A DNA stretch of 64,000 bases. Origin: Octopus sinensis (Eukaryota). Below, piece after piece: positions 1 through 12,683 of this stretch; position 1 is the stretch's first letter, and every line of letters begins with the position of its first letter. Made by a program: the position numbers and the translations under genes. The notes under the pieces are model-generated. The model saw only the letters and a list, made by a program, of their open reading frames with translations, did not search any database and had not been told where the DNA came from. The stretch is from assembly GCF_006345805.1 (NCBI RefSeq), contig NC_042998.1:37138001-37202000 (forward strand), in the 5' to 3' direction.

Positions 1-655
1 TAGCAGCATTTTTCCACCGAATGGTCTGGCCGAATTTATTATTTACCTCAGCAGCAGATCAATGGCTCACAGAACAGTGCATGATAACATTGACACTTCA
101 TCAATAATTAAAAGGTTAGCCTGCTTTAATTTTTCAGATGATTCAGAAGGGATTCACATGTGAGAGGTGGAGCTAACTTGCAATGGGACGGGTAGGTTGA
201 TTCCACTGTGAACTGTCCTTCAATCAATGAGCATATCAGCAGCTATACCTGCTTGTTTTGCGTTCTTGGAGACGCTATCAATGTATTGTACAGGTAGGAC
301 ATTCCTGTACGTCTAGGGCCATCGAGGAAAAAGAATCTACTCTGCATTGTAACATTTTGCCTTGAATTTACTCTATTTTTATTACCAATCATACGTAGTT
401 GTCAGCCTGGCTCTTCATATGGAAAGAACAATACATACGTCATTGGGTCAAGGTTGGGGCTAAGAATATTTAGACTGATCACAGGGACGTCATTGTTTCT
501 TGGGTAAATCTTGAAATTTCTGTTGAATGGTGGCTCGCCGTCAGTATTGCTGAAGACCATAGCTATTTCATTAACTGTTGGTAAAGTGTATTTCTGCCTA
601 TCAGCACAGCGATACTTTTTGAAGACTAAATTTACGACAGACATAGTCATCAACC
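1..655 (-). mobile_element. Degenerate Helitron RepHel fragment (Rep-side segment joined to Pif1-type helicase motifs, internally deleted)
   Basis: Minus-strand translation gives KYTLPTVNEIAMVFSNTDGEPPFNRNFKIYPR...LSPNLDPMTYVLFFPYEEPG (402-620), a Helitron-typical segment. It then gives FFLDGPRRTGMSYLYNTL (decayed Walker A), GIAADMLID*RTVHSG, LLIIDEVSML and RPFGGKMLL, with stops and frameshifts. Runs off the window start. Confidence 0.9.
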
Positions 656-659
656 CCTG

Positions 660-1092
660 TTGGGTATGCCGCAGGACAATGCTCCCTCCCGCACGGCCAG
701 CGTCATTATGAACTCTCAGCGTCAGCACAAACTCAGAGGCATGCCGTAGCCTGCTCTTAGCCTGGGTCTCAACCCAATTGAACACCTATGGGAGGAAAAA
801 ATCTAGAGACGGCTGAACCAGGTGCTACCAAGCCTGACAACTCGTGTGGAACTGGAGGCAACTTTCTCCAGGGTGTGGGTACAGGTGCCAATAACTTTTG
901 TGAACCGCCTCAAGTACTCCATGTACCGATGGTGTATGACCATTTTGAACTTCCAGAGAAGGCATACACAGTTTTGAACATGTCACGCCCTATAATCTCG
1001 ATGTGCTGAATCTGCCCACTACGAGAACACATGACAACGGCCCAACATATTTCACAGTCACATATTTGTCGCGTTTCTTTTGCAGTTCAGTG
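660..1092 (+). mobile_element. Tc1-family transposon 3' remnant with right terminal inverted repeat
   Basis: QDNAPSRTAS...MP*PALSLGLNPIEHLWE (Tc1 QDNA..WP..SPDLNPIE motif), then RRLNQV...VWVQVPITFVNRL..SMYRWC. Ends GCGTTTCTTTTGCAGTTCAGTG|TA at 1092, a Tc1-type end. Confidence 0.85.
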
Positions 1093-1964
1093 TATTCTAG
1101 TAATTCAGTCACCTTATTTTTTCAGAAACTAAATGCAATATCTATAAAATCTGCAAACCAGAGAAAACGTTTCATTATTTATTGACGTTATAATGAATTG
1201 AGGGCAATTAAAACTTTCATAGTCGATAGCATGCGTGCAAGTCACATAGTCGAGTTGAAAGTACCTATGTAATATAAAACTTTGAAGACAGCTCTCATAG
1301 TTATTATATCAGATTGATCAGTAAATGTATTAAACTGAACATTAAAATTATTAGATTGAACTATTCTAATAGATGGAATATTCAAATCATACGCATTTAA
1401 GGGCATATATTAACAGAATGCTGATCAGAAAATAAAACTGTTGAAAGGATCCCAACCGAAATATAACCTTTTTGAAATGTTTCTTATTTATAATTTTTTT
1501 ATGGAATTGGGACAAACTATGATATATTTCTCAATATACCAAACATGTTATACAGAATATCTTGCAAGTTAAAACATTGGTTAAGAAAGTCATATCAATA
1601 AGGAAACATAACACGCCATAAATATACATAAAGAACGCATTTGAATAAAAACAAGTACCAACTATGTTCTAAATATCACAAGATCTTTGAAAGAAAATTT
1701 ATGTGAATGTATACAATATTCATAGTGTGCAGTTAAGGAACATGTTTCACAATATTGCTTCAGTAATCAACACATATATAAACGATAAAAATCTCTACTA
1801 AAGTAATTCTGGAATACACTCCTCCGAAAAAGCAGAATAGTATATTATTCTGAACAAAACATGATAGCGTCTTTCAATATGACACACTTCTTCATAAATA
1901 TAGTTTAAAGTGAAATCGTGAATTTATGTATGAGTGTATGTAAGTATGTATGCATGCAAGTGTG

Positions 1965-1981
1965 TGGTTATATATACATAC

Positions 1982-2062
<81 letters not shown>

Positions 2063-2186
2063 TTATATTTATATATATATTATATATATTATATATATAT
2101 TTAATATATATATATATATATATATAATATATATATATATATTATATATATATATATAATATATATTATATATATATATATATATA
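1965..2186. repeat. Imperfect (TA)n microsatellite
   Basis: Direct inspection; explains the IYIY pseudo-ORFs. Confidence 0.95.
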
Positions 2187-2878
2187 AGTTTTATAAACAA
2201 CGCCCCACCAAATACACAATGTAGAGGTAAACGCATATTCAGACACATGCATACGCTCGTACAAGTATTAAATGTGTATGAATAGATTCATGCAGATACA
2301 TGAAAAAGAATGAACACAAACGTGATAGAGAAACGGTGATGCTGGCAAAGGAAGATGGAACATTTTCACTGCATAAATGGAAAGAATTTGAGCAACAATA
2401 GTAATTGGTAAGCTTGAAAGTTAACGGCAGCATATATTATCTGTTTTCTGATATCATATACAAGTTTGGATACATATAATTACGCTTTTCTTTGCCGGTG
2501 TACGTGAAGTAATATTTTCTATTGTGACGAAGAAATCTTATGAAAGCCGATGAATCAATACCTCAACGCATCATTACTGGAGGTATTTCATTTCATATTT
2601 TCGAAAAGTTGTGAGTATTTGGAAGAAATGTTGTACTTGGAGAATATAATTAGGGTAAAAAAAAATATAGCGAAGTCAATATTTGAAAGTAATACGTCTT
2701 ACGTTACATATAAATAATCACGCACATATATACACACGTACTATAATTATATATATGCGATGGTGGGGGACAAACACAGATGCAAACACACACACACATA
2801 TATATATGTAAACTCACACTCACACACATATTTCGTTTTTGTATTTTCAAGATTCTTTATGTGGATTCGAAGTTGAAG

Positions 2879-3035
<157 letters not shown>

Positions 3036-4109
3036 AGGGCTTAGTAAAATAAATTACTTTGCCACATACTGAACTCATTAGAAATAGCAGCTAAAGAAAT
3101 TTCTTCAGCTATTTCTAATACTTAAAGAAGATCTCTCTCAGATAGTGTTTTCCTAAGCCGAAAGGGTATGCTCCCGACTTTCAGTGTTCCCAAATCCGAT
3201 TCAAGGAATTCTGAGCTGAAGAAAGAAATGTCGAATTGACTAATCTAGAAACGTACGTTCTCAAATAACCTTTGCACTTGATTTTTTAATGTTTTTTCCC
3301 CCATACTTTTGTGAGTTGGTTTAGGCAAACACTATCTGAGAGAGATCTTCTTTAAGTATTAGAAATAGCTGAAGAAATTTCTTTAGCTGCTATTTCTAAT
3401 GAGTTCAGTATGTGGCAAAGTATTTATTTTACTAAGCCCTTATATATAATGTAATATTTTGAATTCGCCTATAATGGTCCTTTACATACATACTGAATAC
3501 TTGGTGAAATTGATTAATAATTAATTAATTTTACCCTCAATTGTTGAAATTATAATTCATCTCTCTCTGCTAAATGCTGCGGTTTTCACCGTTAATACAT
3601 GGTGTTTGTCAATTTTAACCCACGCTGGTGGAAAGGGGAGAGCAGAAATTCTTCGCTTGCATATTCGAATTTGATAGCACTTTTAGTTCGAGCAGAATTC
3701 TAGAGGTGATTAGAAGCCGAAAGGGTATGCTCCCGACTTTCAGTGTTCCCAAATCCGATTCAAGGAATTCTGAGCTGCAGAAAGAAATGTCGAATTGACT
3801 AATCTAGAAATGTACGTTCTCAAATAACCTTTGCACTTGATTTTTTAATGTTTTTTCCCCCATACTTTTGTGAGTTGGTTTAGGCAAACACTATCTGAGA
3901 GAGATCTTCTTTAAGTATTAGAAATAGCTGAAGAAATTTCTTTAGCTGCTATTTCTAATGAGTTCAGTATGTGGCAAAGTAATTTATTTTACTAAGCCCT
4001 TATATATAATGTAATATTTTGAATTCGCCTATAATGGTCCCTTTACATACTGAATACTTGGTGAAATTGATTAATAATTAATTAATTTTACCCTCAATTG
4101 TTGAAATTA
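3036..4109. repeat. 559-bp-unit tandem repeat (variant B), about 1.7 units plus a 119-bp inverted segment
   Basis: AAGCCGAAAGGGTATG recurs at 3155 and 3714. Segment 3036-3150 is the near-perfect reverse complement of about 3327-3441. Homologous to the 45.4-50.1 kb array and flanked by (TA)n on both sides. Confidence 0.9.
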
Positions 4110-4130
4110 TATATATATATATATATATAT

Positions 4131-4270
4131 ACGACGGATTTCTACTAACAGGTCTTTGGTCGGCTCGGGGCTAAAATAGAACAGATTTGAAGAGGTGCCA
4201 CGTGGTGGGACTGAAATCGGTACCATGTGGTTGGGAAGCAACAAGCTCCTTACCACATAGTCATGCCAGT
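4131..4270 (-). mobile_element. Degenerate 5' half of the abundant tRNA-derived SINE (family of 34671-35050)
   Basis: GGTGCCACG..GGGACTGAA..ACCATGTGGTTGGGAAGC..CTTACCACA matches the reverse complement of the SINE head. Confidence 0.7.
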
Positions 4271-4389
4271 GGCTATATATATTATATACATATATAAATA
4301 ATATATATATATATATATGGAACTTACGATATAATTATTAGCAGCGCAAATTTCAGCCATTTCTCCACAGACTGAGGAGATGATGAACA

Positions 4390-4432
4390 ACCTTAATCAA
4401 TTTTCGAACCTCATTAGGTTCTAATCAGAGGC
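4390..4432 (-). ncRNA. Type I hammerhead-like motif (G8U core variant)
   Basis: Minus strand: GCCT-CTGATTA-GAACCT-AATG-AGGTTC-GAA-AA-TTGA-TT-A-AGGT, giving helix I, core, 6-bp helix II, GAAA and a UUA site. Confidence 0.55.
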
Positions 4433-5212
4433 GTCCTCACCACTCTGACTGTCTCCAAGGAATAAAGCAGTCAAACTGTTTATATGTTAAAAAAAACGCA
4501 GCAGTTACACTCTCAAGGACTTACCGAAAGATTTTACCACTCAATAAATACCAGCAACCTGTCAAAAGCTCTTTTACTCCACACAGTGGACTCTTTCCGA
4601 TGTTTTTTTTCTTTTCTTTCTCCTTGTTTCTTACCCTTCTTCCTGCATTTTGTTCTTTCTTTCTTTTATTAAAAGACAAAAATTACATCTTGGAATGTCT
4701 TTAACGTCAACCACCTGTTAAAAAAATTCTAACCACAGACCATCCCAAAACATATCAATAAAAGCCATATCCGAGGAGGAAAAAAGAAAAAAACAAATCT
4801 ATTTTTGCTTTCATTCTCCCCACCTTCTTTCTCCTTGCTTTATTTATGATTTTCTGTTCTCTCTGTTTTCCTCTCTTTCTTTCTCTTCTCTATTCTTTCC
4901 TCTTTTCTCTTTCCATTTTCTACTCTCACATACAAATACATAACAAAATAAAATAAAAAAGCACCCTCTTCCAGATTTGTAAAATTGGGAACGAAGCTCT
5001 TGGTGAAATTTACATATGAGGAGTCGCAAAGAATGAGAGAGAAACACCAATAAAGGATTATTCGAAATTCTCACTACAACATTTTCCTTAATTTATATTT
5101 ATTTATACAGAAGTGGGCGGATAGAGGGCTAGTTTGGAAATTAGGAAGAGTTTTCAAAAGCGTATTGTAAAAACATTAACCCTGACGCTTTGATGATAGC
5201 TGTGCATATGTG

Positions 5213-5279
<67 letters not shown>

Positions 5280-6317
5280 CTGTCTGTCTCTCTCTATGTA
5301 TGTGTTTATATATGCTGGTGTCCCCTGCACCTTTGGTCACATTTTAGTGACGGTGAGTTATTTCCTTTTTGGTTTGAAATTGCGTCTAGCCAACAAGCAT
5401 TCAGCCGAGGTTTCCAAGTATCACACATGTAATGCTACTGGAAGTATATTTTCATCAATTTTCTGGTGCAACAGATTGATTCACTTAATCACTTTTCGTT
5501 ATTTATTACAGAGCAGCCGAGTTGCGATTAAGTATAGAAATATTCATAACGATATATTTTCGAGTAATTTTTCAGACGACAAAAGGTAAGTAGACGTAAA
5601 ATGATTTAATCTAAAAATGCATGCCCGTCACCTTCTTTATTTGCTTCTTCTGTAGTCGGAATTCTTATTATCATCCAATACACAAGTCATCTGCATCCTT
5701 AGGCTACAAATCTTCTGGTTTTGTAAAATTCTTAGTTGACATTGTTAGAAAGCTGTTCGAATATTTGCTCTATTAATTTTAAAATATGGATCACTCTTAT
5801 GACCTCAATAATATATGAGCTGGGAAAGTATTTTTTGCTACGTTACTACTGCTTGTTATACATTAATTTGCCATACGATCTTTCTGTCAATATAACTCAG
5901 CACCGTTCAGATAGCATGATGTATTTGCAGCATTGAATTATATATTTACTCTATGAGATGAGATTTTAAAACACCTCTTCGTTCTCATTATATCTTTTCT
6001 TGATCAATATTTTCTTTCTTTTTATCGACCTCCTACTTCATCTTCTAATCACTAAAGGCGATTAGGTATTGATATTGGTCTTGCGGTAATAACTAATCAG
6101 CTTTTCAAATGCTCCATGAAATACATAGAAGGACATTACAGTCAGCCATCGATATATCATGTGAAACATTGAGAAATATGATATAAATATTCTTCAATTA
6201 TTATACTCTGTCTCGCACTTCAACAGGTATTTAGCTTAGTGCCAGCGGAGACGGGCAGCAGGAATATCAGAAGAACAGCTGACATATATAATGCTGCATA
6301 TAATGGTTTACCATTTA

Positions 6318-6690
6318 TCTTTTACTTGTTTTGCAGTCATGACACTGCGGCCATGCTGGAGCACCACTTTGAAGTATGTTTAGTCGAATGAATCGACCTC
6401 AGTATTTGAGTTTTTTTTTCTAGAACGGTGCATAGTGTATTGATCCCCCGTCCAATCGCTTAGTTACGGGGACGTAAAGGCACTAACAACGGTTGTAAAG
6501 TAGTGGTGGTGGAGAAATACAGACGCACATAAATATATAAAGGACGGGCTTCTTTCAGTTTACGTTTGCCAAACGCACTTACATGGCTTTGGTCGACCCG
6601 AGGCTATAGTAGAAAAACTTGCCTAAAATGTGGGAATGAACCTGGAACCATGTGGTTCGGAAGCGAACTTCTTACCACATAGTCACGCCC
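6318..6690 (-). mobile_element. tRNA-derived SINE, diverged near-full copy
   Basis: CTGCGGCCATGCTGGAGCACC...TTACGGGGACGTAAA...ACCATGTGGTTCGGAAGC..CTTACCAC. Confidence 0.85.
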
Positions 6691-6722
6691 GAGTAAAAAG
6701 AGTAAACCAGTTATCTTTTTCT

Positions 6723-6776
<54 letters not shown>

Positions 6777-7258
6777 TAACAAATAAAATATATGCATACA
6801 TACAAACATATATGTACGTACCTACATCTACATGTATATATACATGCATATATAAATATATATACGTGTGTACAGGACACCACAAATAGACGCAGAACTC
6901 AACGAGAAACGAAAACGTAAAAACAGCATGGAACAGACCATTTTTTAACAACGAAAAAACAGAGTACAAGACAACTACACAAGGAAAAATCCCCTTCATC
7001 AGCTGTCCCTAGTTCAACTCCAGCGTATTTCGAAGGATGGACAGAACACGTCTCTCTGAACTAGTCCTTCCTGCGAAAGAATTAAAATACAATTCCTTTG
7101 CAGAGGGGTGAAAAAACGGGAAAAAAATGTGACAAAAATGTGACAAAAAAAGGACGTAAATACAATTAAAAACAAATACAAAATAAGATACAATTACAAA
7201 AAATACAGTACAAGAAGGAATAGAAACAGGACAGGAAAACAAATAAAGAGGGCCTTAA

Positions 7259-7260
<2 letters not shown>

Positions 7261-7322
<62 letters not shown>
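7261..7322. repeat. (GT)n microsatellite
   Basis: Direct inspection. Confidence 0.95.
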
Positions 7323-7327
<5 letters not shown>

Positions 7328-8289
7328 TATAAATTCATTGGGTAGAACGCAGCTACTTACCAACAATGAATCCTAAGAGGTTGGACAGTCTCTGCGCATA
7401 TTTGCTTATCAGTCACTGCATTGTCCTTCGGCAGATAGACGTGCCAGCAGACTGATATTTTGATAAATGAAACACATGTCTAACAAAAGGCAAACAAAAG
7501 GAGATTCTCCAAAATGGTCACATAAGAAAAGATTTGTCACAGCGACTGGAATGTAAATCGACAACGGAAATGAGACACGCATTTGACCGATTTACTCGAC
7601 TGTTAAATCATAGTTATCTTTAGTGCATTTCTGTGTAAGTTTCTATCCATTAGGAAGTTTGAACTATATTGACATCTTAATAGAATCTTCTATCCAGTGA
7701 CGAATTGCTCTCGTCTGTGCAGACTTGCCATTCCAGGGGCCGGGAAAAATTAAGTCTCTTGCCCTGGTACAGAATGCGTTCATATAATAGTACCACTTGC
7801 TACTGAATGAAGTGTTACCGAGGTGGAGATCTGTGTTCAGCGTGCCACCAAATGAACTATGCCAAGGAGGTATCTGATATGAAGTGTTATGTTTGCTATG
7901 GGGTAGTGCGCCCCAAAATGAATGGAAAGATGGAAGGGAATAAAACACGAATGCAGGATTAGAAAAGGGGGCAAAAGATTGCCGTTTAATCTGGATTATT
8001 AGGAAATACTACTAATCACCGGAGCAATCCTGCCTTTCGTAAGAAGAAAGAAATCTGCTTCATCCACCATTCAGGTGAAGCTTATCAGAAATTATTTCAA
8101 TTGTTAACATAGGAAAATTTCTGTGTATCATGTCAGATCGAAATCTTCCTCCTGAATTTATATGCTGGCAATTGCACACGACTGTGTGTGCAATCCGTGT
8201 TTCCAGTAACAATCAGAAACCGTTTTCCCAGCAAAACAAAATTGAAACATCATCTTCGTCCACGTCGCGCATCTTCGGTTTCTACTACG

Positions 8290-8760
8290 TTTCCTGTTAG
8301 ATTACGGAAAATGCCTGAAGTTTTTTACAAGTTTTTATGCCACCATTGTTATTTGCATTTGCAGTACTGTCCCAGCGGACTTCAGCGATGTCTTGCCAAT
8401 TGCCTATTTGCACTGATGAAATCGATGGTTCCAGGAATGTTTTAAATCGACTGAAAATATCTAGATACCCTTCTCCTGATGAAGCATAAATGATCACGTT
8501 GGGAGGAATCGCTTCCGTTGCTGCATTCCACTTGGATCACTGAGCAACAATTCCAACTCTGAATGATATTCCTTCCCACAAGATCCAAATATTTCCAAAT
8601 CTCTCCCGGCCTAGCTTGAAAGAGGGTTGCACAGACCACACCATCACCAAGTACGGTATGTGCGTGTTCCGGAAACCCAGATGTTGCTAACTGATACATC
8701 TAAATCCGGTGATATTTTGTTGATATGGGAATGATCTTGCATCCAAAGCTACTTAAGGCA
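8290..8760 (+). mobile_element. Possible highly decayed CR1-like LINE reverse-transcriptase remnant
   Basis: + frame with stops: NVLNRLKISRYPSPDEA (cf. LNKLK..KSPGPD) and VFRKPRCC*LIHL (cf. GFRKGRSC.TNL). Weak. Confidence 0.3.
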
Positions 8761-8870
8761 AAGTAGGCTTCAGCTATTGATGTTCGCTTCCAAATTATTG
8801 AATGAGGATTAAGATTTCACTTCATCTTCTCTAATAAATCCATTCATTACTCTCCTTTTACTTTCCTTTT

Positions 8871-9076
8871 ATTCTTTTACTTGTTTCAGTCATTTTACTG
8901 TGGCCACGCTGGAGCACCACCTTTAGTCGAGCAAATCGATCCCAGGACTTATTTTTTGTAAGCGTAGTACTTATTCTGTCGGTCTCTTGTGCCGAATCGC
9001 TAGCATCGGTTGTCAAGCGATGTTAGGGTGAGAAACACAGACACACAAACATATACACACACACACACACACATAA

Positions 9077-9141
<65 letters not shown>

Positions 9142-9296
9142 TATGACGGCTTCTTTCAGTTTCCGTCTACCAAATCCAATCTCAAGGCTTTTGTCGGCCC
9201 CAGGCAATAGTTGAATACACTTGCCCAAGGTGCCACGCAGTGGGACTGAACCCGGAACCATGTGGTTCGTATGCAAGCTATTTACCACACAGCCAC
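8871..9296 (-). mobile_element. tRNA-derived SINE, near full length with internal (CA)n(TA)n
   Basis: Reverse complement of the 34671-35050 copy. Confidence 0.9.
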
Positions 9297-9317
9297 CAGC
9301 AGAACCCTATTATTCAG

Positions 9318-9363
9318 ACTTCTGGCGTAGTATACAATAGGGAGATGTCCCCTGTCCCCTCGG
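9318..9363 (+). other. Candidate 46-nt exon of an unidentified gene
   Basis: ccctattattcAG acceptor and CGG|GTAAGA donor; open in only one frame (TSGVVYNREMSPVPS). Confidence 0.25.
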
Positions 9364-11433
9364 GTAAGATTGGTTAAATACCTGGTTTAGTTATTTGTAC
9401 TTATTTGCGTTTTGTTCGGCACATTCTCATCAAAATGTTTCTTCATTTCTGTCTATCCCTCATATTGTTTCAATTTTCTTAGGCATTCTCTCTTTTCCCA
9501 AGTTTTAATTCCCTCACAAATCTTAGTCGGATAAGTACACTTCACTCAGTCGTAAAAACAAAATTATTATATATGATGACGAGGCATTGTCTCTTCTAAC
9601 AAATACTTTCGTAGTCGCTGTAACTGTGTTGAATTCTATAAAGCATTGTCTTTCGCTCAATTAATTCTGCATCCCTTTGACAATAATCTAATTGTCTCAA
9701 CACGCATTTGCTTTTATTTTAGTTTTATCATTCTCTATTTCAGTATCTATATTGTGTTTTCAGTTTTAACTTTCGTGAGTCTATTCACGAAGTCCTCTTT
9801 ATGTATTTATTCGCATCATCTGGAGGATCAAGATCATGATTTCAAGTTAGCAGTTTTCACGCGATGCTTTTAATCTGTCATCGTATATCTCTTGCTTATT
9901 GTCACGATATAATTCACAGTTCGTTCGTGGTTATTTTATATAGTATTCGCAGCAAAACCTACCATATATAAGTATTGAAATATAATATTTCAGCTATTCA
10001 GGAAATAACTCCTTAAATATTAATATGACAGAAACCTTAACTTACATGCTGGAGGATTAATTCACTATTGCAGAATTCTGATTAAGCTATTCAAATAAAT
10101 TCTGAATTCTGAATCAATGGTTTTGACTTCGTTAATTTTACCACTAGATTACAAGCAAGTGAACCATAGACCATTGTTCATATAGAACGGCTATTCATGT
10201 TCTAAATACGCTTATTGGAAGAATACATTTTACAAATTACCTAATGTTATTCTTTATTTTCCATGTCTTACCTTTTGTTTTGTCATATGAATAATTTGTA
10301 ACAAATTAATTCATTTGGCATTTTAAATTACCCAATTCACTTCCTGTGTTACATTTCTTGGCATATTGTCCAGCATAGGAAATAAGATGCTTCCAAAATA
10401 ATGAAGTTTATATGAAAAATGTATTTAATGTATAAATAACAAAAGTAATTTATCGATATTGCCTAGTAATACTAATACTTCAGGTGTAATAAAACTGTAA
10501 CTCCGTCTTATTCTGAGACTATATTCTTTATAAATTTCTAGGAGAATGGGAATTACAAAACTTTGGAAACCAAAAAAAACAACTTAGTAGCGATTATGAT
10601 AAAACGCATAATACAGTGAGGAAATAAAATTTCGGATTTATATGTTTCAATTTAATGCAAATTGTTATATGCCAAATGCAATTTACAGTATATCTTATTT
10701 GAAAGATAGAAAGAATTTTATGCAAGTGTGAAAATGAAGAGAGATATATTGTAAACAAAAAAAAAAGAAGCAAAAACAAAAAAGAAACAAAAAAAAAAGA
10801 GAACAGTATTTACTTCTAAATGTAGAAATGCGCAATCAATAAAAGTTTGATAATATCTACAATCAAGATATTTCTACAGACAGCTCTTCCGAATATTTGA
10901 TGGCGATTTGAGATTTATCATTATCTTCTTTTGCATCATCTCTGCCTGTCATTATTTCTGTACTTCACTACTGCTATATGAAATTACATGACAAACTGAT
11001 GAACGTATACAAATATGCATAAGAGTATGTACGTATATTCGCATTTGTATATAAATATATATTTTCTATATAGTCTACAGTTTACACTTCGTATACACCG
11101 TTACTGTAGTGCCATAAATTCTTTTTTTACATTCTTGAATTATGGTACGAGTAAACTAATATTAACATAGATTATAGAATCTCACAAAAACAAGCTAGAA
11201 TTAAATATTATAATGCATTTACATGTTATGTAACAACCTCATTAGATATTAGCAGAGTTGTTTCTGTCTTAGATTATTAGACCGGTAAACTAAAATCCAT
11301 TCCTAACTCTACATAAGATATAGAATTCAGCCATCTCTTACTATGTTTTTCCATTGTGTAGGATATATTTAAACCTTCCATATATCAATCTTGATGCTTT
11401 CGGAAAGACATTTTTTACACCGAAACAAGATAA

Positions 11434-11463
<30 letters not shown>

Positions 11464-11467
<4 letters not shown>

Positions 11468-12330
11468 ATAAAAGCGAAAGCTTCAAAACCCACCAATCCT
11501 ACGATAAATACAAACACACTTTAAAAAATAGGCCTACCTTCAGGATGGAGTTTGAAGATAGTTTACATACCCCAATATCACTAGATTTCATGCTGTGCAT
11601 GAGAAAACATGCTTTGTAATCTTCAGTTGGAGATAGTAACATCTATCTCCAAAATATTCACTACTTAAATACGTGTGCGTTTCGAAATTTAAACGCCACG
11701 CTCTGTTTAAAGAGAAAACTATGGTAAATAATAGAAAAGTAAGTATATGAAAGAATTATCGCTGATAAGAACAGCAATAATGAGGCGGTTAGCAAGACTT
11801 CTACCTCAATAGGTATAATATTAAATATTTCAATAAAAGAAAGGTAAGAATACTGCTTGCCAAAGATGAAAGCGAAATCTTCAAAAACCACCAATCCTAC
11901 GATAAATACACACACGAGCAATGCTGTTTTTAACAGCTATAATGCTTTCATATAGCTACATTATTATTGTTTACGATAGTTTTCTCTTTCAACGGACCGG
12001 AACGTTTAAAGTTCGAAACGCACACGTGTTGACATAGTGAATATTTTGGAAATGGATGTTAAATAGTCTCCAACTGAAGATTACAAAGCATGTGTTCTCA
12101 TGCACAGCATGAAATCTATTGCTATTGGGGGTACGTAAACTATCTTCAAATTCCATCCTGAAGGTATGCCTATTTTTCAAAGTGTTCATTGCGTTGCTCG
12201 TGTGTGTATTCATCGTAGGGTTGGTGGTTCCTGAAGCTTTCGCTTTCATCTTTGGCAAGCGGTATTCTTACCTTTCTTTTATTCAAATACTTAATATTAT
12301 ATCTATTAAGGTAGAAGTCTTGCAAACCAC

Positions 12331-12333
<3 letters not shown>
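11464..12333. mobile_element. About 397-bp-unit repeat, partial tandem plus inverted copy, (TA)n-flanked (PLE-like architecture)
   Basis: AAAGAT(A/G)AAAGCGAAA recurs at about 11464 and 11861. About 11975-12333 is a diverged reverse complement of the left arm. Confidence 0.8.
11989..12032 (+). ncRNA. Hammerhead-like three-way junction with non-canonical core
   Basis: TCAA-CGGACCG-GAAC-GTTTAAA-GTTC-GAA-ACG-CACA-CGT-G-TTGA; paralogous fold at 11665-11710 on minus. Confidence 0.4.
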
Positions 12334-12413
<80 letters not shown>

Positions 12414-12422
12414 GTGTATACA

Positions 12423-12632
12423 TTCAAAATGTGACCGCGTGTGCACCGTTGGCGATTTATTTTCCTCCGTCTTCCCTTCTTTGGACATTTCCTTCTTCTA
12501 TGTTTCTGAAGAAGAGCTCCGCTCTAAACGTTAAACCCTCCTTCTTCCCTTCTTTCCTGAGCGTCCAATAATACTATACTTGTTCCACGTCCTCGCGTTT
12601 TTGTCTGTTCCCTTTGTGTTTTCACGTTTGGA
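12423..12632 (+). mobile_element. About 210-bp (TA)n-embedded repeat carrying an HHR-like motif at 12500-12536 (family H1)
   Basis: ATGTTT-CTGAAGA-A-GAG-CTCCG-CTC-TAAAC-GTT-AAAC. Homologous copies at 52144, 52725 and 53914. Confidence 0.8.
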
Positions 12633-12634
12633 AT

Positions 12635-12683
<49 letters not shown>

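Noticed and set aside
2520-2590. Candidate exon MKADESIPQRIITG|GT
   Set aside because: Resembles the mariner ..FLQRIITGDE motif, so it is more likely a transposase remnant.
6975-7080. CTGATGAAG plus upstream TTCGAAA on minus as a hammerhead
   Set aside because: I could not build consistent helices I and III in any topology.
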